From a virus, in IMG/VR virus record IMGVR_UViG_3300028831_000035, positions 1 through 64,000 of that record: 64,000 nt of DNA. One strand, written 5' to 3'. Numbering within the stretch: position 1 is the stretch's first letter; each line of letters starts with the position of its first letter. Positions 9,229-19,206 of this stretch are shown piece by piece. The notes beneath the pieces were generated by a model, which was not told where the DNA came from, ran no database searches, and saw only the letters and a program-made list of their open reading frames with translations. The position numbers and the translations under genes are program-made.

Positions 9229-9669
9229 ATGGCCAGCACGGAAAAGAACATCGAGGCTGTTGACGAGTCGTCCCGCAGTGTTGCTGGGTACGTCGGCGTC
9301 AGCCCCGAGTACAAGAACTCGGCATCCATCCACAACCGGCCGCTTCGCGAGGAAGACTCGGAGGAGAAGGGCGAGACGCAGAAGGGTCTCGAAGCCTTTG
9401 CCCTCGACACCGAGGACAACGAGTGGAACGGCACCCTGGGTGCCGTGAACCCCGAGGCGTACGACGACGTTATCGAGGACCAGAAGCGGCGCGAGAAGGA
9501 AGCCGCTGAGGACGAGGACAACGGCGGCGAGGGTGTCGACGAGAAGACCAAGGCTGCTCGCCAGTCTTCTGCCGCGGAAGGCGCCAAGGCCTCCAGTGAC
9601 AAGTCGGACGAGAGCAAGCCGGAAACGGCCAAGGCTCAGCCGACTCTTCGTACGCCCGTCCGCAAGTAG
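9229..9669 (+). CDS. acidic hypothetical protein
   Basis: 146 aa with AGGAGAGGGAATA upstream of the ATG. Glu/Asp-rich and low-complexity. Confidence 0.65.
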   Translation: MASTEKNIEAVDESSRSVAGYVGVSPEYKNSASIHNRPLREEDSEEKGETQKGLEAFALDTEDNEWNGTLGAVNPEAYDDVIEDQKRREKEAAEDEDNGGEGVDEKTKAARQSSAAEGAKASSDKSDESKPETAKAQPTLRTPVRK

Positions 9670-9679
9670 GGGATAGGGA

Positions 9680-10180
9680 ATGGCAGCGTACTGCACCCAA
9701 GCGGATCTGCTTACCGGTAGCATTCCGGCGAGCAGTTACATCGACGTGGACAGGTACATCCAGTCTGCCGCCGACGAGATCGACTCTGCTCTGGCGATGC
9801 GCTACATTGTTCCAGTGGTCGTTCCTGCTATTCCGCAGTACGCTGCCACCACCCTGGTTCTCAAGGGGATCAACCAGCGCCTGGCTAGTGGCCGGATCAT
9901 TACTGCAGCAGCGGCTACTGGATCACAGACCGAGACTCATGCGTATGGTCTATACCTAATCGAGCAGGCTCTTCAGCAACTGAAGGCCCTGATCGATGGG
10001 TCGTACATTCTTCCTGGCGCACCCACGGTCAACCAGCCTGGCAGTGACACCGTGCCTGTGCTGATTACGAACGTGGACTCCGAGTCGCAGGTCGAGGCAT
10101 TCTATCAGCGAGTCACTGGATATCCTCCGCTTCCTGGCGGAGATGTTCCCTGGGCTGCGTACTGGCGGGTGCCTGAATGA
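9680..10180 (+). CDS. head-tail adaptor (DUF1320 / Mu gp36-like)
   Basis: 166 aa. The N-terminus MAAYCTQADLL...YIQSAADEIDSAL matches the pattern I recall for DUF1320 connectors. It is the first gene of the joining module. Confidence 0.5.
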   Translation: MAAYCTQADLLTGSIPASSYIDVDRYIQSAADEIDSALAMRYIVPVVVPAIPQYAATTLVLKGINQRLASGRIITAAAATGSQTETHAYGLYLIEQALQQLKALIDGSYILPGAPTVNQPGSDTVPVLITNVDSESQVEAFYQRVTGYPPLPGGDVPWAAYWRVPE

Positions 10181-10674
10181 GCGTTTGGTCTATTGAAGTA
10201 GATGATACCTCGTTTCAGCTGGCTCTTACCCAGCTGGAGATGAGGTTGAACGACAGTGCACTCGGCATCTTTCTGCAAGGCGCAGTCGATCCTTGGCTGC
10301 GCCTTCGTGCAGAAAAGCGCTTTGCTGGCGAAGGCGACGATGCAGTAGGTGCATGGAGTCCACTCAAGTATCCTACCCAGAACATCCGTGGCTCAATGGG
10401 TTACGGTCCGTCGCACCCCATCAACAAGCGTACGGGAATCCTGGAGAGGTACATCACTAACTCTGCGGGTAATGTTGGTGCAGCACCTGGCGGTGTTCAG
10501 CTGACATTCCCAGGAGCGCAACCAACTGGTAATATCTACGAGAAGGTCTTGACTGCTCAGGCGGGACGACCAAGTCCGAAGACTGTGCCGCGGCCTGTCT
10601 TGGGGCTCAGCATGACAGACTCTTTGTTTGTCCAGACGAGCCTCGTTCAGTACATTGAGACGGGGACGTTTTGA
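10177..10674 (+). CDS. virion morphogenesis / head-tail joining protein (Mu gpG-like)
   Basis: 165 aa, with a 4-nt overlap onto the upstream gene. F-x-x-EG...W-x-PL...T...TG-x-L-x-x-(S/Y) pattern. Confidence 0.5.
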   Translation: MSVWSIEVDDTSFQLALTQLEMRLNDSALGIFLQGAVDPWLRLRAEKRFAGEGDDAVGAWSPLKYPTQNIRGSMGYGPSHPINKRTGILERYITNSAGNVGAAPGGVQLTFPGAQPTGNIYEKVLTAQAGRPSPKTVPRPVLGLSMTDSLFVQTSLVQYIETGTF

Positions 10675-11177
10675 TCACAGGTGATGAGTTTGCTTTCCCG
10701 AATAACATCATCCAGGTAATGGCGATGTTCTTCGAAGAGCTGATTGACGACGATCCCAATCCGCTAACGAAAGTGAAAGTACTGAAGCGTCCACTAGCTC
10801 CTACCGACCCGGTGCAATCGGTAGGGGTGTATCCAAGGATGTGGACTCCAGACGAGGGCTCCTGGGAAATGGGTACGCCTCACCATGGGCAGACCCTCCA
10901 GAAGTACAACGTCCAGATCCAGTGCTTCGTGAAGGACATGGACGAGGTGCGTGGACTGAACGCACACTCCAAGTTGGCAACTATTGTCAAACGTATCCTT
11001 TACACGGATGAAGATCTCCGTTTAGCATTGGGATCGCTAAGCATCACCATCGGTGGCATCACCGAGAGGTTTCAGAGGATGTCCATTACCGGTGCGACTT
11101 ATATCTCTAACGAGATTAACGGGGAGCACAACTTCCTCTGTACGCTAGAAACCATCTTCGAGACGGAGACAGCTTAA
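10671..11177 (+). CDS. neck / tail-terminator-position protein
   Basis: 168 aa, translationally coupled on both sides. The function is inferred from position only. Confidence 0.55.
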   Translation: MITGDEFAFPNNIIQVMAMFFEELIDDDPNPLTKVKVLKRPLAPTDPVQSVGVYPRMWTPDEGSWEMGTPHHGQTLQKYNVQIQCFVKDMDEVRGLNAHSKLATIVKRILYTDEDLRLALGSLSITIGGITERFQRMSITGATYISNEINGEHNFLCTLETIFETETA

Positions 11178-11548
11178 TGGCGACAGACGACAAGGTCGCT
11201 GCGGAGCAGGAAGCGGTGGAGAAGCTTCGTCAGGAGCTTGCCGAGCTGAACGCCCCCGACGTGGCCACCGAGAATGATGTTACCCTCGGCCAGCTCAAGC
11301 GCGAACGCGAGTCTCTCGAAGCCGAGATCGCCGAGCGCAAGGCTGCGAAGGAGCGGTCGCACGAAGTTGGCGGCGACCCGCTGGCCTACAGTCGGTTCCT
11401 GCTTGACCGCAAGACCAGTCAGGAAGCGGCGCGCGCGGAGACTGTTGTCCTCGACGCGACCGGAGACAAGAAGGCCGCTGCTGCCGCCAAGGCTGAAGCC
11501 GAAGCTGCCGCGAAGGCGAACGACGAGAAGAAGAGCGGGGGTAACTGA
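11177..11548 (+). CDS. coiled-coil hypothetical protein
   Basis: 123 aa, Ala/Glu/Lys-rich and helical. The ATG overlaps the upstream stop (TAATG). Confidence 0.6.
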   Translation: MATDDKVAAEQEAVEKLRQELAELNAPDVATENDVTLGQLKRERESLEAEIAERKAAKERSHEVGGDPLAYSRFLLDRKTSQEAARAETVVLDATGDKKAAAAAKAEAEAAAKANDEKKSGGN

Positions 11549-11550
11549 CA

Positions 11551-12567
11551 ATGGGTTTCTCCTCGCAGGCTGGTGCGCTCGTTCTGGTGACTCAGGCCCT
11601 CAAGGGTACCTACAACGCTGACATCGACGAAGACGGTGTCAGCATGCGTCTCCGTTCGGGGTCGCTGGCTCCGAACCGAGAGCTGCTGATTCCGGACGCC
11701 GAGATCGGTGGCGGTCGAGACGTCAACGACGCTTACCTCGGCGCGGTGTCGTGGTCGGGCGACTTCGAGTTCTACGCTCGAATGAAGTCCCTTCCGACTC
11801 TGCTTCGTGGTGCGCTGGGTACGGCAGTCTCGAACACTACGACTGGCGTGACGACTCACACCATCACGCCGTCGGACGCTGCGCTCCTTCCGTTCCTGAG
11901 TGCCCAGCACCAGGTCGGTTCGGGTCTGGATGTCTACGACTACACTGACATCGTCGTCAACACCCTCCACTTGGAGGCGGAAGCTAACGGCTACCTCATG
12001 GGTACCGTTGGTCTGATCGCCGTCAAGGAGGTCGCTGGCGCGACGCCGATCGACGAGTCTTCGCTCGACGACGGCACTCCGATGATGGTCGGCACGAACA
12101 TCTCGCTGACCCTCAACGGCGTGACGCTTCCGGCGAAGTCGTTCAGCCTCGACATCAACAACAACTTCGAGGATGACGACTTCCGGCTAGGTTCGCTGTA
12201 CCTGAACCAGCTGTCCCCGAAGCGTCGTGAGGTTACCGGGTCGGTTACCATCCGACCGGAAGACTCGAGCCTGTTCCGTCGGGCCACCTATGGTGGCGCG
12301 GCTCTTACGCAGGCTGGTGGCACCACGGTGAAGGACCAGATGGTCATCACCATGAACACCTACGAGTACATCCCGGGCGCAACGCCGAGCACGACCACCT
12401 ACCAGCTGACCATCACCATCCCCAAGATCGCGCTTCAGCCGTTCGGGTTCGAGCCCTCGGGTGACGACCTGATCGAGAACGACATCGAGTTCCAGGCGCT
12501 GCGCCCGGTCATCGGCACTGGCCTGATGACTGCCGTTGTGCGGAACGGCACGGCCGACATCGCCTGA
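11551..12567 (+). CDS. major tail (tube) protein
   Basis: 338 aa. It lies upstream of the chaperone pair and tape measure and is followed by hairpins. Confidence 0.75.
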   Translation: MGFSSQAGALVLVTQALKGTYNADIDEDGVSMRLRSGSLAPNRELLIPDAEIGGGRDVNDAYLGAVSWSGDFEFYARMKSLPTLLRGALGTAVSNTTTGVTTHTITPSDAALLPFLSAQHQVGSGLDVYDYTDIVVNTLHLEAEANGYLMGTVGLIAVKEVAGATPIDESSLDDGTPMMVGTNISLTLNGVTLPAKSFSLDINNNFEDDDFRLGSLYLNQLSPKRREVTGSVTIRPEDSSLFRRATYGGAALTQAGGTTVKDQMVITMNTYEYIPGATPSTTTYQLTITIPKIALQPFGFEPSGDDLIENDIEFQALRPVIGTGLMTAVVRNGTADIA

Positions 12568-12571
12568 TATA

Positions 12572-12645
12572 AGGTAGGGCTGCCTACCTGCGAACGGGCG
12601 GGCTGCTAGTGGACGGGTTGCCACTGGTAGTCCGCCCGTTTCGTG
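12572..12645 (+). terminator. tandem hairpins after the major tail gene
   Basis: AGGTAG/CTACCT (12572-12589) and AACGGGCGG/CCGCCCGTT (12593-12640), followed by TCGT. The T-tract is weak. Confidence 0.45.
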
Positions 12646-12660
12646 TGCTAGGGTAATCGC

Positions 12661-12861
12661 ATGGCAGCATGGCAGACGTTCAAAACGATAACAGGCAAGG
12701 AGTCCAGAGCGCACTGGGTTAGAGATAGTGGCACTACCCCGTGCACGTCTGGACCGGTCTGGTATTCGTCGGGCGGCTGGCAGGAACCATCAGAGAAAGC
12801 GCTACCGTGCAGACGGTGCGTGAAGTACGCACGGTATCTGGTGGACAAGTTTAAGACCTAG
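12661..12861 (+). CDS. small Cys-containing hypothetical protein
   Basis: 66 aa. Hand-counted GC3 is about 65%. It has a PC...PCRRC pattern and a weak RBS. Confidence 0.4.
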   Translation: MAAWQTFKTITGKESRAHWVRDSGTTPCTSGPVWYSSGGWQEPSEKALPCRRCVKYARYLVDKFKT

Positions 12862-12872
12862 GAGGGTCATCA

Positions 12873-13442
12873 GTGGAAGACTTTCAGCCTGGCCCGCCCA
12901 CCGAAGAGCAGCTGGATCGGCAGATCCAGGATTACTGGGGCTTCGAAGAGCGTCGGCAGTTTATGCTTCCCGACGGGGTTCAGTACATCGAGTACAAGAT
13001 CCTGACGGAAGGCGACAAGGCTCGCTACCAGAAGGCGACCAACCGAGAGCTGGCTATCTCGCGTAACAGCGGTGACGCTAAGCTCAAGACGGACCCGGCC
13101 GAGGACCGCCAGGCTCTGCTTCGGATCGCTGTCGTCGGCTGGAAGATGTACCGAGGCCGCGACTCGAACGGTCGTCCCGCTGAGGTTCCGTTCGGGATTA
13201 GCCAGGTTCGGGCAGATGGCAAGATGCACACTGGTCGAGGTGACGCGAACTTCGATTTGTGGCTTTCCATGGCGAACCCGCGCATCGTCGAGGATCTCGA
13301 ACGCGACATCCGCAAGGCGAACCCCTGGCTTCTTGGCGACATGGAGCCCGAGGACATCGAGAAGGAGATCGCTAACCTCGAAGAAATGCTCGTGGTTGCG
13401 CGGGAGCGTAAAGAGGGAAAGACCAGCTCCGGCGACAGGTAG
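12873..13442 (+). CDS. tail assembly chaperone (G-like)
   Basis: 189 aa; GTG start after GGAGG. It lies between the major tail and tape-measure genes and carries the slippery site near its 3' end. Confidence 0.75.
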   Translation: MEDFQPGPPTEEQLDRQIQDYWGFEERRQFMLPDGVQYIEYKILTEGDKARYQKATNRELAISRNSGDAKLKTDPAEDRQALLRIAVVGWKMYRGRDSNGRPAEVPFGISQVRADGKMHTGRGDANFDLWLSMANPRIVEDLERDIRKANPWLLGDMEPEDIEKEIANLEEMLVVARERKEGKTSSGDR

Positions 13443-13705
13443 ACCTTTACGTCAAGGGTGATCCCATCCAGATGGCGCATCCTTCGCTGAGACTGTTTGG
13501 TATATGCGAAGCGATGAAGTGGAATCACCTGCCTGTCTCCGGAGGACTCTACGCCCAGCATCCCGACCTGCTAGATGACTTTGCTTTGATCTTCCAGGTT
13601 CGTGCAGCGCATGAGGAAGCCGAACGAAAGAAGCAAGAGCAAGAACAGAAGAAGCAGATGGGCCGGACTGGATCATCCAGAACGCGCGGTCCACGGCGTA
13701 GGTAA
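12873..13705 (+). CDS. tail assembly chaperone, -1 frameshift fusion product (GT-like)
   Basis: The -1 frame is open from 13412 to 13705 and overlaps the last 30 nt of the G ORF. G GGA AAG lies in the zero frame at 13415-13421. The track ORF 13472..13705 is the distal part. Confidence 0.65.
13415..13421 (+). promoter_or_regulatory. programmed -1 ribosomal frameshift slippery heptamer GGGAAAG
   Basis: X XXY YYZ in the correct phase (GAG GGA AAG). This is the same heptamer as the lambda G/GT site. Confidence 0.7.
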
Positions 13706-13747
13706 AATCGCCCCAGCAATTCCTTGCTAAGGATTGCTGGGGCGATT
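13706..13747 (+). other. 19-bp hairpin between the chaperone and tape-measure genes
   Basis: AATCGCCCCAGCAAT(T)CCTT-GCT-AAGGATTGCTGGGGCGATT. There is one bulged T, a 3-nt loop and no T-tract. Confidence 0.8.
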
Positions 13748-13818
13748 ACTCTTGGCGTCCAGGTACAAGCACCAGGAGGTGCACACTGAACGCCTACCTG
13801 AATGTTCAGATCCGAATC

Positions 13819-16800
13819 ATGGGTCAGAACGCTGTTGCACAGTTGGCCGCGCTCCGTGGTGCGACCGGTGGCGTAACCTCCAGTATGAATGGAGCTTCCG
13901 CAGCCACCAGAGGATTTGGCGCTGCACTCAATGGGACTAACCTCGTCAAGTGGGGTTCCCAGATGCAGTGGATCGGTCGACAGATCGAATATAACTTTAC
14001 ACTACCACTATTGGCAGCAGGTGGTTTTGCTGTCAAATGGGCAATGGACAACGAGCGTGCATTCACTCGTCTGTCCAAGGTTTACGGTGATACTGACCTC
14101 CAGGCTGCGCTCGGTACCCAGGGTATTAACAACGAGCTGCAGGCACTTCAGCGTAACCTGGTTGCACTGTCGAACTACTTCGGTATCGCACAGGCTGATG
14201 CAATTAACATTGCAGCGGACTGGGCGGCAGCTGGCTCATCCGGTGTAGCGCTAGCACGAGCTACCAAGTTGACCATGCAAGCCATGGTCCTTGGTGAACT
14301 CGACGCCAAGGCTGCGACCGAAGCGCTGATTGCTATTCAGTCTCAGTTCGCATTCAGCACCGAGGATCTGGCGAAGACGCTCAACCAGTTGAACATGGTT
14401 GAGAACCAGACCGGTGTTTCGATGGGCGGACTGATTCAGGCGTTCAGCCGGGCAGCTGGTGTGGCGCGGTCGGCCGGTATCGATACCCTCCACCTGGCCG
14501 CCATGATCGCGGCTATGACACCTGCGGCGGGATCGGCAGCCCAAGCCGGTAACGCGTTGAAGACAATCATCTCCCGACTGTTGAGCCCCACCAAGGAAGC
14601 TACTGAAGTCCTTGGACTCATGGGCATCAACATGACAGACATGGGCTGGAAGTCTGCAAACGCAGCCCAGCGCCTGGAGATTCTGGCAAAGAACTTCACG
14701 AACCTGAGCGACGGCCAGAAGGCTGTCGTGTCTGCGGTTGTCGCCTCGCGGTACCAGATTAACAAGTTCGACGTGTTGATGGAAGCTATCATCAACAAGC
14801 AGAGCTTCTACCACAAGGCGCTCAACTCGGCTGCGGACGCTGACCGAAACGCTGCGCAGGCACAGCGAGAGCTGAACGCGGTTCTGGATTCCAATCCTAA
14901 GAAGATGGACCAGATCGTAAACATCATGAAGAACGCAAGTGCGGAGATCGGGCAAGACCTGATTCCCACGTTCCTCATGGCTGCGAACGCGATCCGTCTG
15001 GTTCTTCAGTGGTTCAACAACCTCGACCCGAGCGTTCGCAAGTTCATCATTACGGCCCTGGTGTTTTTGGCATTGCTGGGTCCGATCATCAGGTACGTGT
15101 CGGTTCTTGCTACATCGCTTGGTCTGCTCATCAAGGCGTTCGTCTGGGTGGGCGCAGCGGCTGCCGGTGCTACTGCAAGGATGGTCAGCTTTACGGCCGT
15201 CAGCGCTGCAGCGAGCTTCATCCCCAAGCTTGGCGCTGGGCTTATTTTGCTCGGCAACGCTATGATTATGCTGGCGTTTCGCACTGTCGGCGCGATCAAC
15301 ATGTTCTTCATGTTCAACAAAGCTGGCATTGCAATGTGGGCGGGTGCGTCCAAGATCTGGTCGGCTGGAATTGCTGGCTTGATCAAGATGATGGTCATGT
15401 TTAACACGGCAATGCTTTACATTTACAACCTGCTCCGTGTTCGCATGGTTGTTAATACTGCCCTTCATGGCATTGCCATGACCAAGATCTGGGCAGGCAT
15501 GTGGGGTGCACTTGCAACCATCATGACCACGGCTGGTGCTGGGCTCAGTAAAATCTGGGCGACCATTATGCTTACCATGAGGTCGACTACGCTCGGCCTC
15601 TGGAGCGGCATAGTCGTCATTTTCCAGCAGGGCATTCTTGCTATCGCTACCGTACTGGGCGCTGGCATGAGGTTAATCGGAGTAATCTGGCGAGCGTGGA
15701 TGGGCGCCCTTGCTGTGATGACCACCTCTGGTATGTATGCCATTGGCGCCGTTATGAGTTTTGTTGGTGGCACCTTTGCCAACATCTTCATGTGGATCTG
15801 GATTGGCATTACCAAGGTAACTCTTGCTGGCCAGAAGGCTTTGATTGTACTGCAGGGCGTGTTCAGCCGAGCATGGGTTGCCATGTGGGCTGCTATGAAC
15901 CTGGCCGTCGGTACCTTGCTTGGACGAGCGTTCGCACTGTACGCAGTCATCATGAACATGGGCTTCAAGGGTCTTCTCAAGATGCTTGGCCGGTACGCTA
16001 TGATGGCAGTAGCAGCAATGACCGGACCTTGGGGTATCGGTATCGCAGCTGTCGTGGCGCTGCTGATTATCTTCTGGGATGACATCAAGAAGATCTTCAG
16101 CAACATCGTCAACTACATCCAGAAGGCATTCAACGCACTGCCTGCCGGAGTTCGCAACGCACTTATGGCCGTGGTCAACATGGTCAAGCAGGCAGCAATG
16201 GCGATCTACCGACTGTTCAGCTACATCAACCCGTTCGCTCACCACTCGCCATCTTTGGTAGAGAACGTGACCAACGGGCTTGGGGTGGTCGGGCAGCAGT
16301 TTGAGCTGATGGAGCGCAAGGTTAGCTCTACGGTTCAGGGCGCCTACCAGCAGATCAAGGCATTCGGCGCGGCCACCAGCGGATTGCTCGCTAAGGCGAA
16401 CGCGTTGGAGCTTGCCGATGTAGCGGAGACGTTCAAAAAGGCTGGCATGAGCGGGATGTTCCCGCAGTACCAGGCTTTGAACAACACGCTGATTGCACTG
16501 CAGGGCGAACTGGCAGCGGCTAAGGCTGCGGTCGAAGCGCAGGAAGAAGTTGTCCGTCAATGGGAAGCCCGCGTCGACGCGGCCAATAAGGCGCTCGATG
16601 AGCAGCAGGCAATCCTGGACAAGCTGGAGCAGACGGCCAACGCGACCAGCGATGCACTGAGCAAGGCGAAGGAAGCCTTGCAGGGATTTGTTGACACGCC
16701 GATCAGTGGCGAGCTTGCACTGGGTGATGCGATTCGGCAAAACCAGCTGGAGCAGAAGAAGCTTCAGCTGGAGATGCTGAAGATGGAGCAGGCTGGCGAC

Positions 16801-19206
16801 AAGCTCGACGACATCAAGAACAAGTACCAAGAGATCAACGGTATGATCGAGTTGCTCCGTGGCGAGCAGGCTAGCCTGCGTAACGCCGGGGCAGGCTCGG
16901 AGATTCTTGGTGCGTTCGATGGTCAGATCGCTGCACTCGAAGCACAGCGTGACGCACTGCAGTCTAACCAGGGTCCGCTCAACCAGATGAGCAAGGCGCT
17001 CGACGAGCTGAAGCTCAAGGGCGAAATGCTCGACCTGGAGAAGGCGATCAACTTTGATGCACTCCATGACGAGATCGAGCGCGCATCCAAGTCCATGGTC
17101 GAGATGCCGTTCGATGAGATCATGGCTGGAGTTAAGGGCACCAAGGCGCAGGTCGACCAGCTCACGGCCACCTACGAAACCCAGAAGGCTGCAGTCGATG
17201 CACAGAAGGCTGTGGTCGACAACTACAAGGCAGCTCGGGACGCACTCCAGGCTAGCTACGATGTCGAACAGCAGAAACTAAGTGCGCTGCGTGACGCCTA
17301 CAGTGACGTCCAGGATGCAGTCTCGGCAGTCGAAGAAGCAATGCAGCAGGCTCGCGGTGCAGCCGATGCAATGGTTCAGGCTATGGAGAAGGCCAAGTCC
17401 GCTAAGGACGGCATGTCTCCCGGCGCACAGAACTTCCTGGATGCTGCCGGTGCAGACTTCCCGAACATCGGTGGCACTGGTGGTATTGGTCGTGAAGGTG
17501 GCTTGGGTGACCAGTCTAGTCTGATCGACGAGATGACCAAGGACTTGGAGAAGGAGCTTAACAAGCAGCTCGAATCCCTGAACCCGTTCAACTGGATTAA
17601 GAAGGGTTGGAACGCCACAGTCAAGTGGTGGAACGAGACTGTCGTTCCGTGGTTCAAGGATGTCTTCGGTGGCATCTCGTTCGGTGGTGGAGGTAAGGAC
17701 GGCGGAGGCGATGGGCCGTTCGCTGGCTTCGTCGAGAAGGCCAAAGACTTCTGGGACACGCTGAAAGAAATCTGGGGATGGCTCACGGCCACCTGGGACA
17801 ACCTCGGCGAGCTGTTCGGGCCGACCATGGAAGACCTCAAGAAGATGTTTGAGGACATGGGTCCGCCCCTCAAGGATCTTTGGGAAGCCCTGAAGGATCT
17901 GTGGTCTAGTCTCGACGTCATCTGGCCGATCCTGAAGATTGTCGCCTACGTGGTCGGCGGGATTCTTCTTGTTGCCTTCTTCCTGCTGATCGGTGCAATC
18001 AAGATTGTTGCCGATACCCTGATCGGTATTCTTGGCCCGGTCATTAACGGCATCATCAGGATCATCGAGGGTGTAGTCAAGATCTTTACAGGTCTTATCA
18101 ACTTCATCGTCGGAGTATTCACCGGAGACTGGTCGAAGGCTTGGGAAGGTATCAAGCAAATCTTCGGTGGCGTCTGGGATGTTATCGCCGGTCTAGTGGG
18201 CGGGGTTCTCGGCGGCATCTGGGGTGGCATCAAGGGGTTCGTAACCAGCATCTGGGACATCTTCGTTTGGCTGTACGACGTCCTGGTTGGTCACTCGATC
18301 ATCCCCGACCTGGTCAACGCGATCTTCAAGTGGATGTCCGAACTCCCCGGCCGAATCCTCGGAGCCCTTCAGAGCTTCGGTGGCAAGCTAGTCGAGTGGG
18401 CTACGAACGCCTGGAACGGATTCCTTAACAAGGTCAAGGAGATCGGTACCGCGGTAATCAACTGGGGGCAGAACCTCAAGGACGGCATCATCAACAAGCT
18501 GTCCAACCTTGGCTCCCTGTTGAGCAACTCTGCCAACACGCATTGGCAGGCATTCTTGACTGCAGCGAAGGCGAAGATCGACAGCGCTATCGCTACTGCC
18601 AAGAACATTCCGGGGCAGATCAGCAGTGCCCTCGGCAACCTTGGTAGCTACCTGCAGAGCAAGGGTGCCGACCTGATCCAGGGCCTGATCAACGGTATTA
18701 CCAGCAAGGTGACCGCGGTCAAGAACAGCATGGCGAACATCGCCAACACGATTAAGTCCTACCTCCCCGGCTCGCCGGTTAAGGCTGGTCCGATGAAGGG
18801 TCGCGGCGAGCTGCGATTCGCAGGTCAGAAGCTAATCACCAACATTGTTCAGGGTATCGAGGAAACCCGACCGATCCTGGACAAGTCGATGGGATCTGTT
18901 AGCGGCGACATCTCCGGGGCGTTCCAGGCCGTAACCTCCGACACGGCACGGAGTGCCGGGAGGTTCGTCGTCACGTCCGCTAGCGCGCTACGGGCTGCGG
19001 CAACGTCGCAGGCGAACGACATGCTTGCGAACCAGGCTCGGCTGAGTACACTAGCGATGAACGCGGAGGCTGGCGTTATCAACACAGGCAACACGACTGT
19101 TATCAACCTGAATGGCGACCTGGTTCTCCCGAACGTCTCGTCCGGTGCGGACGCCGAAAGCTTCGTGCGGAACCTTGAGGCCCTGGCGTCTGGTGGTAGG
19201 GGCTAA
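13819..19206 (+). CDS. tape measure protein
   Basis: 1795 aa, downstream of G/GT. It has a long central run of hydrophobic helices (about aa 400-770), extensive coiled coil, and Gly-rich C-terminal repeats. Confidence 0.9.
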   Translation: MGQNAVAQLAALRGATGGVTSSMNGASAATRGFGAALNGTNLVKWGSQMQWIGRQIEYNFTLPLLAAGGFAVKWAMDNERAFTRLSKVYGDTDLQAALGTQGINNELQALQRNLVALSNYFGIAQADAINIAADWAAAGSSGVALARATKLTMQAMVLGELDAKAATEALIAIQSQFAFSTEDLAKTLNQLNMVENQTGVSMGGLIQAFSRAAGVARSAGIDTLHLAAMIAAMTPAAGSAAQAGNALKTIISRLLSPTKEATEVLGLMGINMTDMGWKSANAAQRLEILAKNFTNLSDGQKAVVSAVVASRYQINKFDVLMEAIINKQSFYHKALNSAADADRNAAQAQRELNAVLDSNPKKMDQIVNIMKNASAEIGQDLIPTFLMAANAIRLVLQWFNNLDPSVRKFIITALVFLALLGPIIRYVSVLATSLGLLIKAFVWVGAAAAGATARMVSFTAVSAAASFIPKLGAGLILLGNAMIMLAFRTVGAINMFFMFNKAGIAMWAGASKIWSAGIAGLIKMMVMFNTAMLYIYNLLRVRMVVNTALHGIAMTKIWAGMWGALATIMTTAGAGLSKIWATIMLTMRSTTLGLWSGIVVIFQQGILAIATVLGAGMRLIGVIWRAWMGALAVMTTSGMYAIGAVMSFVGGTFANIFMWIWIGITKVTLAGQKALIVLQGVFSRAWVAMWAAMNLAVGTLLGRAFALYAVIMNMGFKGLLKMLGRYAMMAVAAMTGPWGIGIAAVVALLIIFWDDIKKIFSNIVNYIQKAFNALPAGVRNALMAVVNMVKQAAMAIYRLFSYINPFAHHSPSLVENVTNGLGVVGQQFELMERKVSSTVQGAYQQIKAFGAATSGLLAKANALELADVAETFKKAGMSGMFPQYQALNNTLIALQGELAAAKAAVEAQEEVVRQWEARVDAANKALDEQQAILDKLEQTANATSDALSKAKEALQGFVDTPISGELALGDAIRQNQLEQKKLQLEMLKMEQAGDKLDDIKNKYQEINGMIELLRGEQASLRNAGAGSEILGAFDGQIAALEAQRDALQSNQGPLNQMSKALDELKLKGEMLDLEKAINFDALHDEIERASKSMVEMPFDEIMAGVKGTKAQVDQLTATYETQKAAVDAQKAVVDNYKAARDALQASYDVEQQKLSALRDAYSDVQDAVSAVEEAMQQARGAADAMVQAMEKAKSAKDGMSPGAQNFLDAAGADFPNIGGTGGIGREGGLGDQSSLIDEMTKDLEKELNKQLESLNPFNWIKKGWNATVKWWNETVVPWFKDVFGGISFGGGGKDGGGDGPFAGFVEKAKDFWDTLKEIWGWLTATWDNLGELFGPTMEDLKKMFEDMGPPLKDLWEALKDLWSSLDVIWPILKIVAYVVGGILLVAFFLLIGAIKIVADTLIGILGPVINGIIRIIEGVVKIFTGLINFIVGVFTGDWSKAWEGIKQIFGGVWDVIAGLVGGVLGGIWGGIKGFVTSIWDIFVWLYDVLVGHSIIPDLVNAIFKWMSELPGRILGALQSFGGKLVEWATNAWNGFLNKVKEIGTAVINWGQNLKDGIINKLSNLGSLLSNSANTHWQAFLTAAKAKIDSAIATAKNIPGQISSALGNLGSYLQSKGADLIQGLINGITSKVTAVKNSMANIANTIKSYLPGSPVKAGPMKGRGELRFAGQKLITNIVQGIEETRPILDKSMGSVSGDISGAFQAVTSDTARSAGRFVVTSASALRAAATSQANDMLANQARLSTLAMNAEAGVINTGNTTVINLNGDLVLPNVSSGADAESFVRNLEALASGGRG

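Noticed and set aside
6323-9723. Very long antisense ORFs (6323..7729 -, 7690..9723 -) opposite the scaffold, decoration and capsid genes
   Set aside because: Their translations are Arg/Gly/Val/Leu-rich off-frame products typical of GC-rich DNA, with no RBS. They overlap well-supported structural genes in a rightward operon.
15019-16129. Long run of hydrophobic helices in the middle of the tape-measure protein, considered as a possible separate membrane-protein gene
   Set aside because: The run is continuous with the TMP frame with no internal stop or RBS. Hydrophobic central segments are common in long actinophage tape-measure proteins.
14251-17067. Antisense ORFs (14251..15468 -, 15465..16112 -, 15673..17067 -) and many internal + ORFs inside the tape-measure gene
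   Set aside because: They lie entirely within the 1795-aa TMP reading frame, which has coherent protein features. The antisense translations are low-complexity.
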